The notes under the pieces were generated by a model. The model ran no database searches. It was not told where the DNA came from and was given only the letters and a program-made list of their open reading frames with translations. Position numbers and translations under genes: made by a program. A stretch of 63,907 nucleotides of DNA, counting the filler, from Octopus bimaculoides (Eukaryota): the NCBI RefSeq assembly GCF_001194135.2. It is 6 parts of 6 records of this genome, joined end to end, with 100 filler letters (N's around TTAATTAATTAA, not from the genome) between each part and the next. Parts side by side here need not be neighbours in the genome. Positions count along the whole stretch, not along the records: positions 13,133 to 40,821 come from NC_069001.1; 5 more parts are not named here. One strand, given 5' to 3'. Shown here in pieces: positions 23,151-35,600 of the stretch (position 1 is its first letter; the number at the start of each line of letters is the position of its first letter).

Positions 23151-24289
23151 GTATGTATGTACGTATGTATGAATGTATGTACGTATGTATGAATGTATGT
23201 ATGTATAAATGTACGTATGTATGAATGTATGTACGTATGTACGTATGTATGTATGTATGTACGTATGTACGTATGTATGGCTAAGAGGTAGTTCCACACT
23301 TCTCAACACCCTGGAACTCTCGAACTAAGGCCCCACCTATTGGATGCAATTTAAAGTCATGCCCAGATCTACTCTTCTCAGGAGTAGTAACACCTGCTGA
23401 GGTCCTAGCTGTGAGTCAATCAACCTATTATTAAAGAAACTTCAAGTGCAAACCTTCACTGCTTCGCGGCTACCCTGGGAACAGAAATAACTGGAGGAGT
23501 CAACCTTGACAGCATATTAAGGAGCGGAGTTCCTCAAGGAACTTGGTGCCCTCATTAACACCCTTCTGGCAACTCCAGGATAGATAGAGCTCACCAGCCC
23601 TGTAAAGCTATTCACCGATAAGAAGGCCACTCTAATGTAAAAAAGCCATCAACTTGCTGGTCACTGTAGCTGCCTTGGTTCACTGAGTCATTGTCTAGAG
23701 TCTAGAGAGTCAGATCAAGTTGTGTGGACTGACGCTCACTTCACAACTACTAAGAGCAGGCAAGAACAAAAGCCATGCAACATCAAGGATAAGTTTACAT
23801 AAACAGATGAGAGGATGCCACTCTTCCTCATCATTTTCAGATACAAAGAAACTGCCATCATATATACATATCTGTGTATGTGTTTGTGAATGTGTGTGTG
23901 TGTGTGTGTGTGTGTGTGAGTATTTATCTATATGTGTGTATGCACTCACACACACACATACATGCTTATGCATTCAAAATAGAAATAGCCATATTTATTA
24001 TCTTATACAAATTTGAAGGTTTTAAATTATTTTTTAAATTAAAATTTTGGATGGAAATTCTATTTTTATTTTATATAAAAAAAAATGAATCTATATTTGA
24101 AAATAGTGCTATCTTTGGCAGTTTAATTTGTTAAAAATTATTTGCTATTTATAATTGTTCTATAATCAAAATTATTTTACAAAATGACATTTTTATAAAA
24201 ATATTCTATGGAAAATTGATTAGCAAAAATATAGCTCTATAAGACTTCATGGTTCTATAAGAAAAATGAAAAAGTAAAAAACAACAACA

Positions 24290-24615
24290 TAACTGGTACG
24301 TCATCAATTATGATGAGAAGGATTCCAGTTGATTGATTGAACAGCCTGCTCATGAATTTAATGTGTAAGTGGCTGAGCACTCCACAGACATGCATAAACT
24401 TAATATAGTTTTCAGGGAGATTCAGCATGATACAGAGTGTGACAAGGCTGGCCCTTTGAATTACTGGTACCACTCATTTTTACCAGCTGAATGAACAGGA
24501 ACAATGTAAAATAAAATGTCTTGCTCAAGAACACAATGTGCCACTGGGAATCAAACCCATGACATTACAACGATCAACCGAATACTCTAACCACGAAGCC
24601 AAATGCCTTCACTCA
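24290..24615 (-). mobile_element. tRNA-head SINE, family C
   Basis: GTTCCAGTTGAT...AACAGCCTGCTC.TGAA.TTAA.GTG.AAGTGGCTGAGCACTCCACAGAC...GTGTGACAAGGCTGGCCCTTTGAA. Other copies: 42205-42585 (+), 54803-55128 (-), 57135-57460 (-), fragment 46520-46610. Confidence 0.8.
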
Positions 24616-24723
24616 TAGTTCTATATATATGTGTGTGTATATGAATGTGTTTGTGTATGTGAGTGGGAACATGTATACACACCCATTTCTTGAGTTCTAT
24701 TTCTTTTGTTTGCACTACCATGC

Positions 24724-24769
<46 letters not shown>

Positions 24770-26222
24770 GCACGCGCACGCGCGCGCATATACACATACA
24801 TCACACATATATGTATATATATATATATATATATACATATCTATATATATATATACATACATACATATATATACATACATACATACTTATATATACACAN
24901 NNNNNNNNNNNNNNNNNNNNNNNNNNNNNNNNNNNNNNNNNNNNNNNNNNNNNNNNNNNNNNNNNNNNNNNNNNNNNNNNNNNNNNNNNNNNNNNNNNNN
25001 NNNNNNNNNNNNNNNNNNNNNNNNNNNNNNNNNNNNNNNNNNNNNNNNNNNNNNNNNNNNNNNNNNNNNNNNNNNNNNNNNNNNNNNNNNNNNNNNNNNN
25101 NNNNNNNNNNNNNNNNNNNNNNNNNNNNNNNNNNNNNNNNNNNNNNNNNNNNNNNNNNNNNNNNNNNNNNNNNNNNNNNNNNNNNNNNNNNNNNNNNNNN
25201 NNNNNNNNNNNNNNNNNNNNNNNNNNNNNNNNNNNNNNNNNNNNNNNNNNNNNNNNNNNNNNNNNNNNNNNNNNNNNNNNNNNNNNNNNNNNNNNNNNNN
25301 NNNNNNNNNNNNNNNNNNNNNNNNNNNNNNNNNNNNNNNNNNNNNNNNNNNNNNNNNNNNNNNNNNNATTGGTTCAGTCCTTTATTAATTTATATAGTTT
25401 TTTGTTAAATTATTTCATTGCACTCTTGCAATCTCTTCAGTAACTTGTCTCTCCACTTCCATTTATTACCGGCATAATGCCTCTCCCAAGGTTTAATTGT
25501 ATATATATATATATATATATATCATTTATATTATTATAGGATCGAATGCTACACATTCATTTCCAAGTAAGTTTTATCTTAATATTTCAAATATGCACTC
25601 TACACTCTCTATCCTCCCTTCGCTTATTTTTCTTTCTTTCTGTTTTTCTTCTCCTCCCCCTTCACCGTTCTCTTTCTCTATCTATCTCTCCCTCACTCTT
25701 CCTCCCTGACTCTCTCATTGCTCACACGTGACCAATGGCTATCGTTCTTTTTTCCTCTTGCTTTACAAGAGATAATACCTACTTTTGCCTGTCTCTTGTC
25801 ACAGCTCCTTTCTCCAGCATCCACCACTTCACCTCGTTATGGCTTAACAGCTCTCACCATTTGTTTTTACAGTTTTGTTCTTACTGTCCTGTTTTTGTTA
25901 CTACTTTAACCCTCCGCAAATCTCAAATTTTATTTAATTTGCTTTGCGGGTAAGACTGTTCTAATGAAGTCACGTCTTGTCCTAACCTTCGAAATGCGAA
26001 GTTGATAAAACAGTGGACACCTGATGAAGGGAATGTTCTTTATGTTCCCTGTCTCATTTCTCTATTTGTTTATTTTGTTGTCTGGAAAAAAAGTTAGTTT
26101 TCCATGTTTTTGTTGTTTTTTATGTTCTCATTTTTCATTTTGTTCATGTTTTTTTGACGCCCTGCACCCATATATGCTTGTATATATACATTTATATGTA
26201 GGTATGTACATATATGTATGTA

Positions 26223-26300
<78 letters not shown>

Positions 26301-26688
26301 CATGAGCCTGGTGTTGCCATCCGGTTTCACCAGTCCTCAGTCAAATCGTCCAACCCATGCTAGCATGGAAAGCGGACGTTAAACGATGATGATGATGATG
26401 ATGATTATTTATATTATTATATGATTATATGATCAAATGCCACGCATCCATTTCCAAGTAAGCTTTATATATATATATATACATACGTATATATACATAC
26501 ATATATATACATATATACATGTATATATACATACATACACATATATATATATACATACACACATATATATATATGTATATATATATATACATACATATAT
26601 GTGCATACACATATATATATATATATATATATACACATACGTACATATATATGAATATGTACTCATATATATATATATATATAGATAA

Positions 26689-26737
<49 letters not shown>

Positions 26738-26859
26738 CATACATACATATACACACACACACATACACACACAGATAGATCTATATGAAATTAATATGAA
26801 CAGCAAATTGCAATCTTTCACCAAAAAGGAGAATTACAAATGTCACTGAATGCAACGAG

Positions 26860-27130
26860 GGTGTTAGGAAACACCTACATTGCTAGGAATAAGAGCTAAA
26901 CCACTCTCATGGTGTAGTTAACGGACATGAATGAAAATATATACACTAACAGGGACCGCAATCGTCTGAAAAGCGTCAGTCAAGAATTCTTAATACTGAC
27001 GCGTCAGTTTCAGCAATATCTGTGGCCTCATCAGTTAAGTCCCCTGTCACATTTAGTGACATTCGTTATTCTCCTTTTTGGTGAAACATTGCAAACTGCT
27101 ATTTCAATGAATTTTATATATAGACATTAA
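26860..27130 (-). mobile_element. Diverged relative of the 21.9-22.5 kb hammerhead repeat
   Basis: Shares GGGTGTTAG.AA.ACCTACA.T.CTAG.AATAAGAGCTAAA with 21866-21904, and CCTTTTTGGTGA.ACATTGC with 22520-22540. Confidence 0.65.
26989..27039 (-). ncRNA. Type I hammerhead ribozyme with all catalytic-core nucleotides intact
   Basis: Minus strand: CTTAA-CTGATGA-GGC-cacagatatt-GCT-GAAA-CTGACGCGTCA-GTA-TTAAG. Stem I CTTAA/TTAAG; stem II GGC/GCT; stem III palindrome ACTGACGCGTCAGT; GUA cleavage triplet. Confidence 0.8.
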
Positions 27131-27392
27131 CAAATCGCTAAATCATCCAATTATTTGAGTGACATAAACATACATATAAATGGTGAAGCTAGTCTAGAAA
27201 GAACCAAAATCAAGCTGATAGAAAAAAATAATTATATATATATATATACCTATACATATATACTGATGTTCACATCGTTGAAGTTTTGAATTTCTGAATT
27301 CATTTTTTTCTTTTCTTTCTATAAGTTTTTCTGTTGTTTACAGTTTTTGTAATTGTGCAGTTTATATTGGCAGATGCTTACTTTTGATATCA

Positions 27393-28995
27393 CTAACACT
27401 GATTCTTAGGAAAGCAAAGGTCTGGGTATGTATTCAAAAGCCACCAACAATAAGTTAACCACTTTTTATTCATGGATGACTTAAAACTTTTTGGTAAAGA
27501 TGAATCCCAAGTCAGTTCCCTCGTTGATACGGTGTATACTTTCAGTGCTGTTATCAGAATGGAGTTCAGACTCAAAAAGTGTGGTGTGTTAGTCTTGAAG
27601 AGAGGCAAAATCAAATGTATGGACAGGCTAGTGACACCGTTGGGGGTGGTTATGAAGCAGATAGAAGAGATGGGCTATAAGTACTTGGGGATATTGGAAA
27701 TTGATAAATTGACGGAGAAAGAAATGACAGAAATATTTAAGGCGGAGTACTTGTGCAGACTTAGACTGATACTTAAGTCAAAATTAAATAGATGGAGTAA
27801 GATTGAAGCTATCAACATCTGGGCGATTTCATTCCTTAGATATGGAGTTGGAGTAATTGTATGGACAGTAGACAAACTAAACAGCTTAGACAGAAAGACA
27901 AGGAAGTTGCTGACTAGATATGGGATACTCCAACCAAAAAGTAACACAGACAGACTGTATGTACCAAGAAAAAGAAGGGGAAGAGGACTGATTGGATTTG
28001 AACACAACATTAGAGCAGAAGAAAACAACATAGCATGGTATTTAAAAATGCCACAGAACTACTATTATTGGAAGTAAGAAGGTCAGGCTTGTGTAGGATG
28101 GAGGATTGCAAAGATAAAGTACTGTACAAGGACTTGAGAATAAAAGAAACTGAAAATAGGTGGATAAAGAAAAGAATGATTGGACAATTCCATAGGGATG
28201 TTGAAGATAAGACAGATAGAGAAAAAAAATGGCTATGGATGACTAAAAATGATTTAAAACTGGAAACAGAGGCTTTAATCTGTGCTGCCCAAGAGCAAAC
28301 ATTAAGAACCAATTACATCAAATACAGAATAGACAACACATCAGAAAGTGATAAGTGTATAATTTGTGGACAAAACGGTGAAAAAGTATGGCATATTACC
28401 AGTCAATGTATGCCACTAGCCCAGAAAGAATATAACAGACTTCATGACAATATAGCAAGGATTGTCCATTGGACACTTTGCAACAAGTACGGACTTGACA
28501 GAGCAAAAGAGTGGTAAGAACATAAACCTGAAGGCATCATGGAAAATGATAATGCAAAGATCCTATGGGATTTTATGTTTCAGTGCAACCATGAGATTGA
28601 GAATAGGAAACCAGATATTGTGCTAATTGAGAAAGAAAGCAAGTTATGCTGAATCATAGATATAGCATGCCCAGCTGACGACAAGGTATGCGATAAGGAA
28701 GAAAGAAAAGTCGAGAGATAGGACAGGTTAGCTTGGGAAATTAAGCAGTTGTGGTCACTGAAAAAGGTGGCATTAGTACCAATAATTGTTGGAGCCCTGG
28801 GAACAGTGAGTAAAAATCTTGAGAAGGGGCTGCAATAAGAGTGGAGCACTTGCAGAAAACAGCACTGCTTGGAACTGCTTGAATTCTCTGGATGGTGCTC
28901 AAAAAAATAAAATGTGTTACCTTAGTTCACTGGTAGTGGACAGCTGACACCGTAGTACATCTCCAGTGTTAGAAGCTGCGCAAAGGCAATAATAA
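27393..28995 (+). mobile_element. R4/Dong-clade LINE remnant (RT FMDD, thumb, CCHC, RLE) with (AAT)n tail
   Basis: LFMDDLKLFGKDESQV..GYKYLGILE..AINIWAISFLRY..LDRKTRKLLT..DRLYVPRKRRGRGL; CIICGQNGEKVWHITSQC..HDNIARIVHW; ILWDF..RKPDIVLIEK..IIDIACP..VPIIVGALG. Confidence 0.9.
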
Positions 28996-29020
28996 TAATG
29001 ATGAAAATAATAATAATAAT

Positions 29021-29220
29021 GGTTTCAAATTTTGCCACAAGGACAGCCATTTTGGGGGAGAGAATATGTTGATTACATAGATCCTACCACGGCGTTTCAC
29101 AGGTACTTAATCTATTGACCTAGAAGGGATAAAAGGCAAAGACAACCTTGGTGGAATTTGAACTCAGAACATAGCATCAGACGAAATACCACTAAGCATT
29201 TCGCCAGCTCACCCCCTTAA
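29021..29220 (-). mobile_element. Family B SINE, tail-to-tail with the Dong element
   Basis: TTTCAAATTTTGCCACAAGG tail; GGAATTTGAACTCAGAAC; GCCAGCTCACC head; (AAT)n on both sides. Confidence 0.75.
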
Positions 29221-29242
29221 TAATAATAATAATAATAATAAC

Positions 29243-29274
<32 letters not shown>

Positions 29275-29842
29275 CGTTGATGATGAGGATGATTATGATC
29301 CTAATAAGTAAAGTTGAAATAATAAATAGAATTCTTAGAATTGTTTTAGAGTGGTAGAAAAAAACAAAACATCTGCATCTGACCTTTATAAATACATCAT
29401 CATTACTATCATCATCAACAACAACCAGAGCACAATCATCACCAACACAAATATAATCATTATTATCATCGCCACCATTAACACTGTCACCACCACCACC
29501 TTCAGCAGCACCAGCATTATTATAATATATGATATTACCAGGGAATATCCAGGTGTTTAGGATGTGTTACTAAATGAGTCTAACTTGTATTATGGCAACC
29601 TTCACGGATGCTCTGGCTGGCATTACAACATTGTTAGATAGCTGATGTCCTCTTTATCTATCTATCTATCTATCTATCTATTTTTATTTATCTATCTATC
29701 TGTCTATCTTATCTCTCTATATTTATCTATCTCTCTTATCTATTTATCTACATGTGTGTGTCTACATATATATACATGTATGTATATAGTTACACACACA
29801 CATATACACATATATCTATATATGTATATATATAAATATATA

Positions 29843-29916
<74 letters not shown>

Positions 29917-31589
29917 TGTGTGTGTTTACACAGAGTTAGAGAGAGTTAGAGAGAAGACATTAGAGTTTATCATTGAAAACAGTGTAGCTAGGGCTCTTTC
30001 GGCAGTGTCTCTTAGAGGAATTGATCAATAGAAGAATTGATGAGGATTGGTTGTCTTGTCAAAAACATAATACGTCAAGAATGGAGAGCTTGGAAAGTTC
30101 CGCAAAGAAAAGTGTTCCTCCCCAACACCTGTGTGAATGTGTGCACATGTATACACACACACGCACTCGCAGACACACATATATACGCAAACATACAAAT
30201 ACACACATATATATATATATATGTATACACACACACACACACACAGACACACATATATATATGCACATGCATACGTATATATTATATACAAGCTCACACC
30301 TATATATACGTATAAGCACATATATACATATATATTTTTTATGTATATATATGTGTGTGTGTGTGTGTATAATGAATACATGTATGCATGTATGTATTAT
30401 ACACTTTCTTATACTTGTTTTATTTCTCTGTTATTCTACTTCTTCTTTCTTTTCTCCCATCTTTCTATCTCTCCATTTCTCTCTCTCTTTCTCTCTCTCT
30501 CTCTATTTCCCTGTACATACATCCACATACATGTATGTTCTTTCTCCCCTTTTTTGCACACATACAATCACTCACACACATATTTATACACTCACAGAAA
30601 CTTTAAAAAGCTCTTCTTTGTTGCTCCTCCTCCTCCAACCTCCTAATGTATAACAATAAACACAAAATATTCCCCCTCCCCCCCCTNNNNNNNNNNNNNN
30701 NNNNNNNNNNNNNNNNNNNNNNNNNNNNNNNNNNNNNNNNNNNNNNNNNNNNNNNNNNNNNNNNNNNNNNNNNNNNNNNNNNNNNNNNNNNNNNNNNNNN
30801 NNNNNNNNNNNNNNNNNNNNNNNNNNNNNNNNNNNNNNNNNNNNNNNNNNNNNNNNNCTCCTCCTTCCCGCTTCTGCATCCTCATCCTCCTCTTCTTCCT
30901 CCCCCCTCTTCTGCCTCATCAGCTTCCTCCCCTTTTACCTCATCATCATTGTTATTGACATCACTCATCAGCATCATCACCACCACTATCATCTTCATCA
31001 TTGTCATCATTGTCCTCATTATTGTCATCAGTGCTATCATCAATAGTATCATCATCATCATCATCATGACCAACTCTCTTTTACTGTCACTGAGTACAAA
31101 AATAAAATTCCCCCATCATCCTTCTTACTATAACTGTCACCTTCATCAAACAATGTTACATTGCATATTTCCAGTCTCTTCGTCTCTCCCTCTCTCTCTC
31201 TATCTATCACTCTCATTTAGATACATACACATATATATGCAAGTATATGCACACATGCACACACACACACACACACACACATTCAGACACACATTCAATT
31301 TGACATGGTTTTCTTTCTATTTTAGATAAATTTCCTTTCTATCTCTCTTTCTCTCCTATTACAAACAGACTGACACCTATTCTTTCCTCATACAAATATA
31401 CAGAAATTCAGCAGACATACACATTATACGTGTACATACATGCATGCATACATACATACACACATGCATACATACATATATACATACACACATGCATACA
31501 TGCATACATACATACATACCATCATAAGCACATTAGATTATGCACCATGAATTTGCATTAAAGCCTCAAAGTACTCAATTTCAGAGAAG

Positions 31590-31965
31590 GAAGCCAAGGA
31601 GGAAGAGGAGGAAGAGGAAGGAGGAAGAAAAGGAGGAAGAGGGAGGAGGAGAGAGGAGGAGAGAGGAGGAGGAGGGAGGAAGAAGATGAGGAGGAAGAAG
31701 ATGAGGAGGAGGAAGAAGATGATGAGTAGGAAAATGAGGAGGAAAATGAGGTGGAGGAAGAAGAGGAAGAAGAAGAAGGAGGAGAAGGAGGAGGAGGAGG
31801 CAGAAGAAAAGGGGAAGAAGAAGCGGAGGAAGTGGAGGAAGAGGAGGAGGCTAGGGAAGGGGAGGAAGCAGAAGATGAGGTGGAAGAAGGGGTGGAAGAG
31901 GAATAGGCAGAAGCTGAGGAAAAAGAGGAGGAAAAAGAGGAGGAAGAAGGGGTGGAGGAAGCAGA
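31590..31965. repeat. Polypurine (GAG/AAG) low-complexity tract
   Basis: Seen directly. It explains ORFs 31558-32148 and 31686-32021. Confidence 0.9.
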
Positions 31966-32714
31966 CGAGAAATATTTTGCTAAAAGAAATTTACATAGAT
32001 TCTCCAAGTCCAATCTATTAGTGGCACAGTGAAAATTTGTAAGACATTCCAGAAATGCTTCATGTGAGATTCTTATGTGAATAGAGGCATACACTCGGCT
32101 GTATGCATCAACAGTCCAACTAACACTCAACCACATATTTACGAACACTGAAAATTCTCTTAACTCAGTCTTGTTAGTGAGAAGAACTTAGATAGACTCA
32201 AAGAAAAATTATACATGCATGCATACAGACATATATACATACATACATAGATTTCCATGTGTAACTATTAGCACAAGTGCAATGGGTTGTTACGTAACAG
32301 ATATGCATAAAGCTTAGAAATGTTAGGTTTGTCTAAGGAAATACTAAGGAAACTGATTCACCCTTGCCAAACAATCAAGAAGTGGAACAGTGAAAATTTG
32401 TAAGACATTTCAGAATTCTCGATATAAGTTTCCTCTAAGAGGCACATGTTCATAGATATTCTTTTGTTCTGTTTCTTGTTTTGGTCATTTGACTGTGGTC
32501 ATGTTAGGGCACTGCCTCAAAGAATTTTACTCAAGTGAATCAACCCCCAGTACTTATTTATACCTTGTTTTATATATTATTTGCAGGATTCAATTGAATT
32601 TTGGTATTTTAATAATAGGGAGATCACCCGAGTGTCAAGCATAACATATTTGTGTATCAACAATATATATGGGCACTCGTGCATATATTCAAGTATATTC
32701 AGACTTAAAAGCAA

Positions 32715-33518
32715 TAAAAACAATTTTGCATTTTCCCACAAGGCAGAAAATTTTTCTGGAATAGTGGACTGCAGCCTAAGTTCTTGGTAAGCATGCCATT
32801 TAAAAAAAAGTTTCACTTCAAAATCGTTTGGCAAGTCAATAAGTTCTCTCTCGATAGACCCATCCATGTCGATATCTGTGATCTGAAAAGGGTCCATGAT
32901 CCAAGGGGGGATTCCCAGATCTGACAAATCCTGAAAACGTAGTTTCATGTCAGTTTCAGCACTCTTGAGATGGTCTGGGAAAAGGAGAAGGGTATCCTCA
33001 GATGGGCATTCCCCGAGTTCCCTAAGGCTTGGAAATTGACAGAAGTCTTTGCGTCCAATATTTCGCTGATAAAAAGGCAGTTTTGCAATGAAACCAGAGA
33101 TGACAGACTTGGATTTCTTTGAGGTTGGTTTCAGCACCCTGCAGCTGGAGGTTCAGGTTGTTGAACTTTGTAAGAATGTCAGCCAAGTAGGCAATGAGGG
33201 GCTTGATGGCTGCTAGTTGTTCTGCTAATGACGAATCCATTAACTGTAAGAAATTAACGACACAGGTAAAGAGTCATCGCATTTCTGTGTGCAGTAGAAG
33301 CCTCTCAAATTCTTTGTCGTTTTCAGAGCACAACTGTTTGAAAAGTTGCGAATTCAATGGGTGAGCTTTGATTTTGTTCACAGTTGCAATCGCGGTAATC
33401 AGAGAAGTGCTTCGACATGGAGTGATGTTTTTAGTGACTAAATGTTGTTGATGGATGATGCAGTGAATGACTATAATATTTGGAACTGCTTGCTTGAGAA
33501 ATGCATTGAAACCTTGGA
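32715..33518 (-). mobile_element. hAT transposase remnant, Buster/Charlie type
   Basis: GFNAFLKQAVPNIIVIHCIIHQQHL (CxxH motif); KIKAHPLNSQLFKQLC..ERLLLHTEMR; YLADILTKFNNLNLQLQG; PPWIMDPF..ELIDL..IPEKFSALWENAKLFL. Confidence 0.85.
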
Positions 33519-34410
33519 CAGGTAATACCAGCAACAGGAGTTCCACTACAGATTTCTATAGCAGGTTAATGGAATTTATGTCAGATGATGTCCTGGGGGA
33601 GGCCTCAGGCTTCGATAGAAATCAGTTGATCCTGTTCAAGAGAACTTTTGGGCCAAGGTATCTTGATAATTACCAGAAATCACTGGATTGGCAGTACTAC
33701 TGTTCGGCTTTGCCTGTTTGAGACAAGCTGTCGAAGCACGGAAGTACCATTTTGCTGATATGCCCGAGGTGCAGGCCAGACAGAGAAACTGTCTTGCATG
33801 CCTTTATGGAGTGTCCAGAATTATCGGGACTGATAGCTTTTGTCGAACAACTGTTGTCAGCGATGGGAGGGGTACAGCTCTCGGCTGAGTCTATTATCAA
33901 GATTGTGTCACCTCCTTCCCTTAACAAGGAAAGGAAGGCTTGTTTTTTCTGTATAGTAGCCATACTGAAGGAAACAGCATGGAAGACACGAGTAAGAGGA
34001 TTAGTGACAGGTAGCTTCATCTCCGGCCAAGGGTTGGTTAACTTTTCTAGCTACCACCTCGATAGTAAGATCAGGCTGGAGAAGAGATACCTGTCACAGG
34101 ATATGTTTGTGAAAAGATGGAAGCCAGTAGTGAACTTGCTGCGAGTGACTCGAACCAGGTAAATGGGAAAAGTAAAAGTTTGGTGGCTGGATACCTTTCC
34201 TTTGGTTGTATACATTGCAAAATTTGCAATTAAAAATGATTATCAAATGCTTAAATTTGAAATTTAAATAGAAAAAAAATTTTTAAATATAATTTTTAAC
34301 TGCATGACATTTTTATATTATCATCTGCAACATTTTCATTTGTGGTAAAGCAATTTCTTCACCCTCTGTGTTTTACTGTCCTTGTTTGTCCCATCTGTGT
34401 AAGGCTTTTA
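33519..34410 (+). mobile_element. L1/Tx1-clade LINE ORF2 C-terminal fragment (zf-RVT-like cysteine motif)
   Basis: WQYYCSALPV*DKLSKH..CPRCRPDRETVLHAFMECP..AWKTR..RW. The 3' boundary is uncertain. Confidence 0.6.
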
Positions 34411-34424
34411 TAGCCAATTTTATG

Positions 34425-34795
34425 AACTAAAGAAGTTTGCTTCCCAACAACATGGTTCCAGTTTTAGTCCCACTGTGAGGCACCTTGGGCATATGTTTTC
34501 TACTATAGCCTTGGGTTGACCAAAGCCTTGTGAGTGGATTTGGTAGATGGAAACTGAAAGAAGCCCGTCATGCATGCTCATGTGTGTATGTGTCTGTGTT
34601 TGTACCCCACCATCGCTAGACAACCAATGTTGGTGTATTTACATTCCTGTAAATTAGCAGTCCAACAAAGGAGATCAATAGAATAAGTCCTAGGCTTATA
34701 AATAATAAGTCCTGGGGTCGATTTCTTCAACTAAAAAACCCTTTAAGGTGGTGCTCCAGCATAGCCACAGGCAAATGACTGAAACAAGTAAAAGA
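34425..34795 (+). mobile_element. Family A SINE, full length
   Basis: Head to GAAACAAGTAAAAGA tail align with other copies. Confidence 0.8.
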
Positions 34796-35553
34796 ACACA
34801 CACACACACACACAAACAAACACACACACATACACATGCATGTGCAGGCACATATTAGCATAGTGTAGCTTGAGTGAAGCATCCTCTGATATTTAAAGTT
34901 CATTTTGAAATTGTCCAAAAGTCAATACAACACAAAATGAAAAACAGGAATGAAAACCACAAGTATGGAAGATAGAACAGCAATTTGCACTTTACCTGAT
35001 ATTTCTATGTTGAGGGGTTAATGCCCTTTTGTCAGCAGAAATCTGTGAATTGTAAGGTAAAGTGCAATTTGTTGTTCTGTCTTCCATACTTCCGTTTTAA
35101 CTCCTATATTTCAATTTGACTTTTATTGGCTTTTAAACAATTTCAGTTTCAACTTTGTATGTGTGTGTGCGTATATATATGCGTATGCATGTATTGTATT
35201 TATATCTTCATACAAAGAGACATACATGTATGTGTGTTAGCATGTACATATTTGTATATGTTTATCTACATATATGATATGTATGTATATATGTTTGTAT
35301 ATATGTAAATATAGACATATATACAAACACTTTTATCTCATGAGGTGGCTTTATGAATGCAAAGTTACTGATGAGAACTTAATGAAGGATTCAAAATATC
35401 AGTAGTTTGCATTTAAAATATGAATAGTATGTACACACACACACACACACATATTAACACATGTATGTATAGTGAAAGGGTTTGATAAAAATTCCATGTG
35501 GGGAATTGTAGTAAAAAAAAAAGAAAGAAAATGCACAGAAAATTTATATTGGC

Positions 35554-35600
<47 letters not shown>

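Noticed and set aside
32020-32430. Roughly 45-bp direct repeat (AGTGG.ACAGTGAAAATTTGTAAGACATT.CAGAA) at 32020 and 32381
   Set aside because: Only two short copies with no LTR or TSD features. Probably fragments of a dispersed repeat.
35356-35412. CTGATGA inside a 15-bp inverted repeat
   Set aside because: CTGAT pairs with ATCAG and there is no GAAA or valid stem I. It is a plain hairpin, not a supportable hammerhead.
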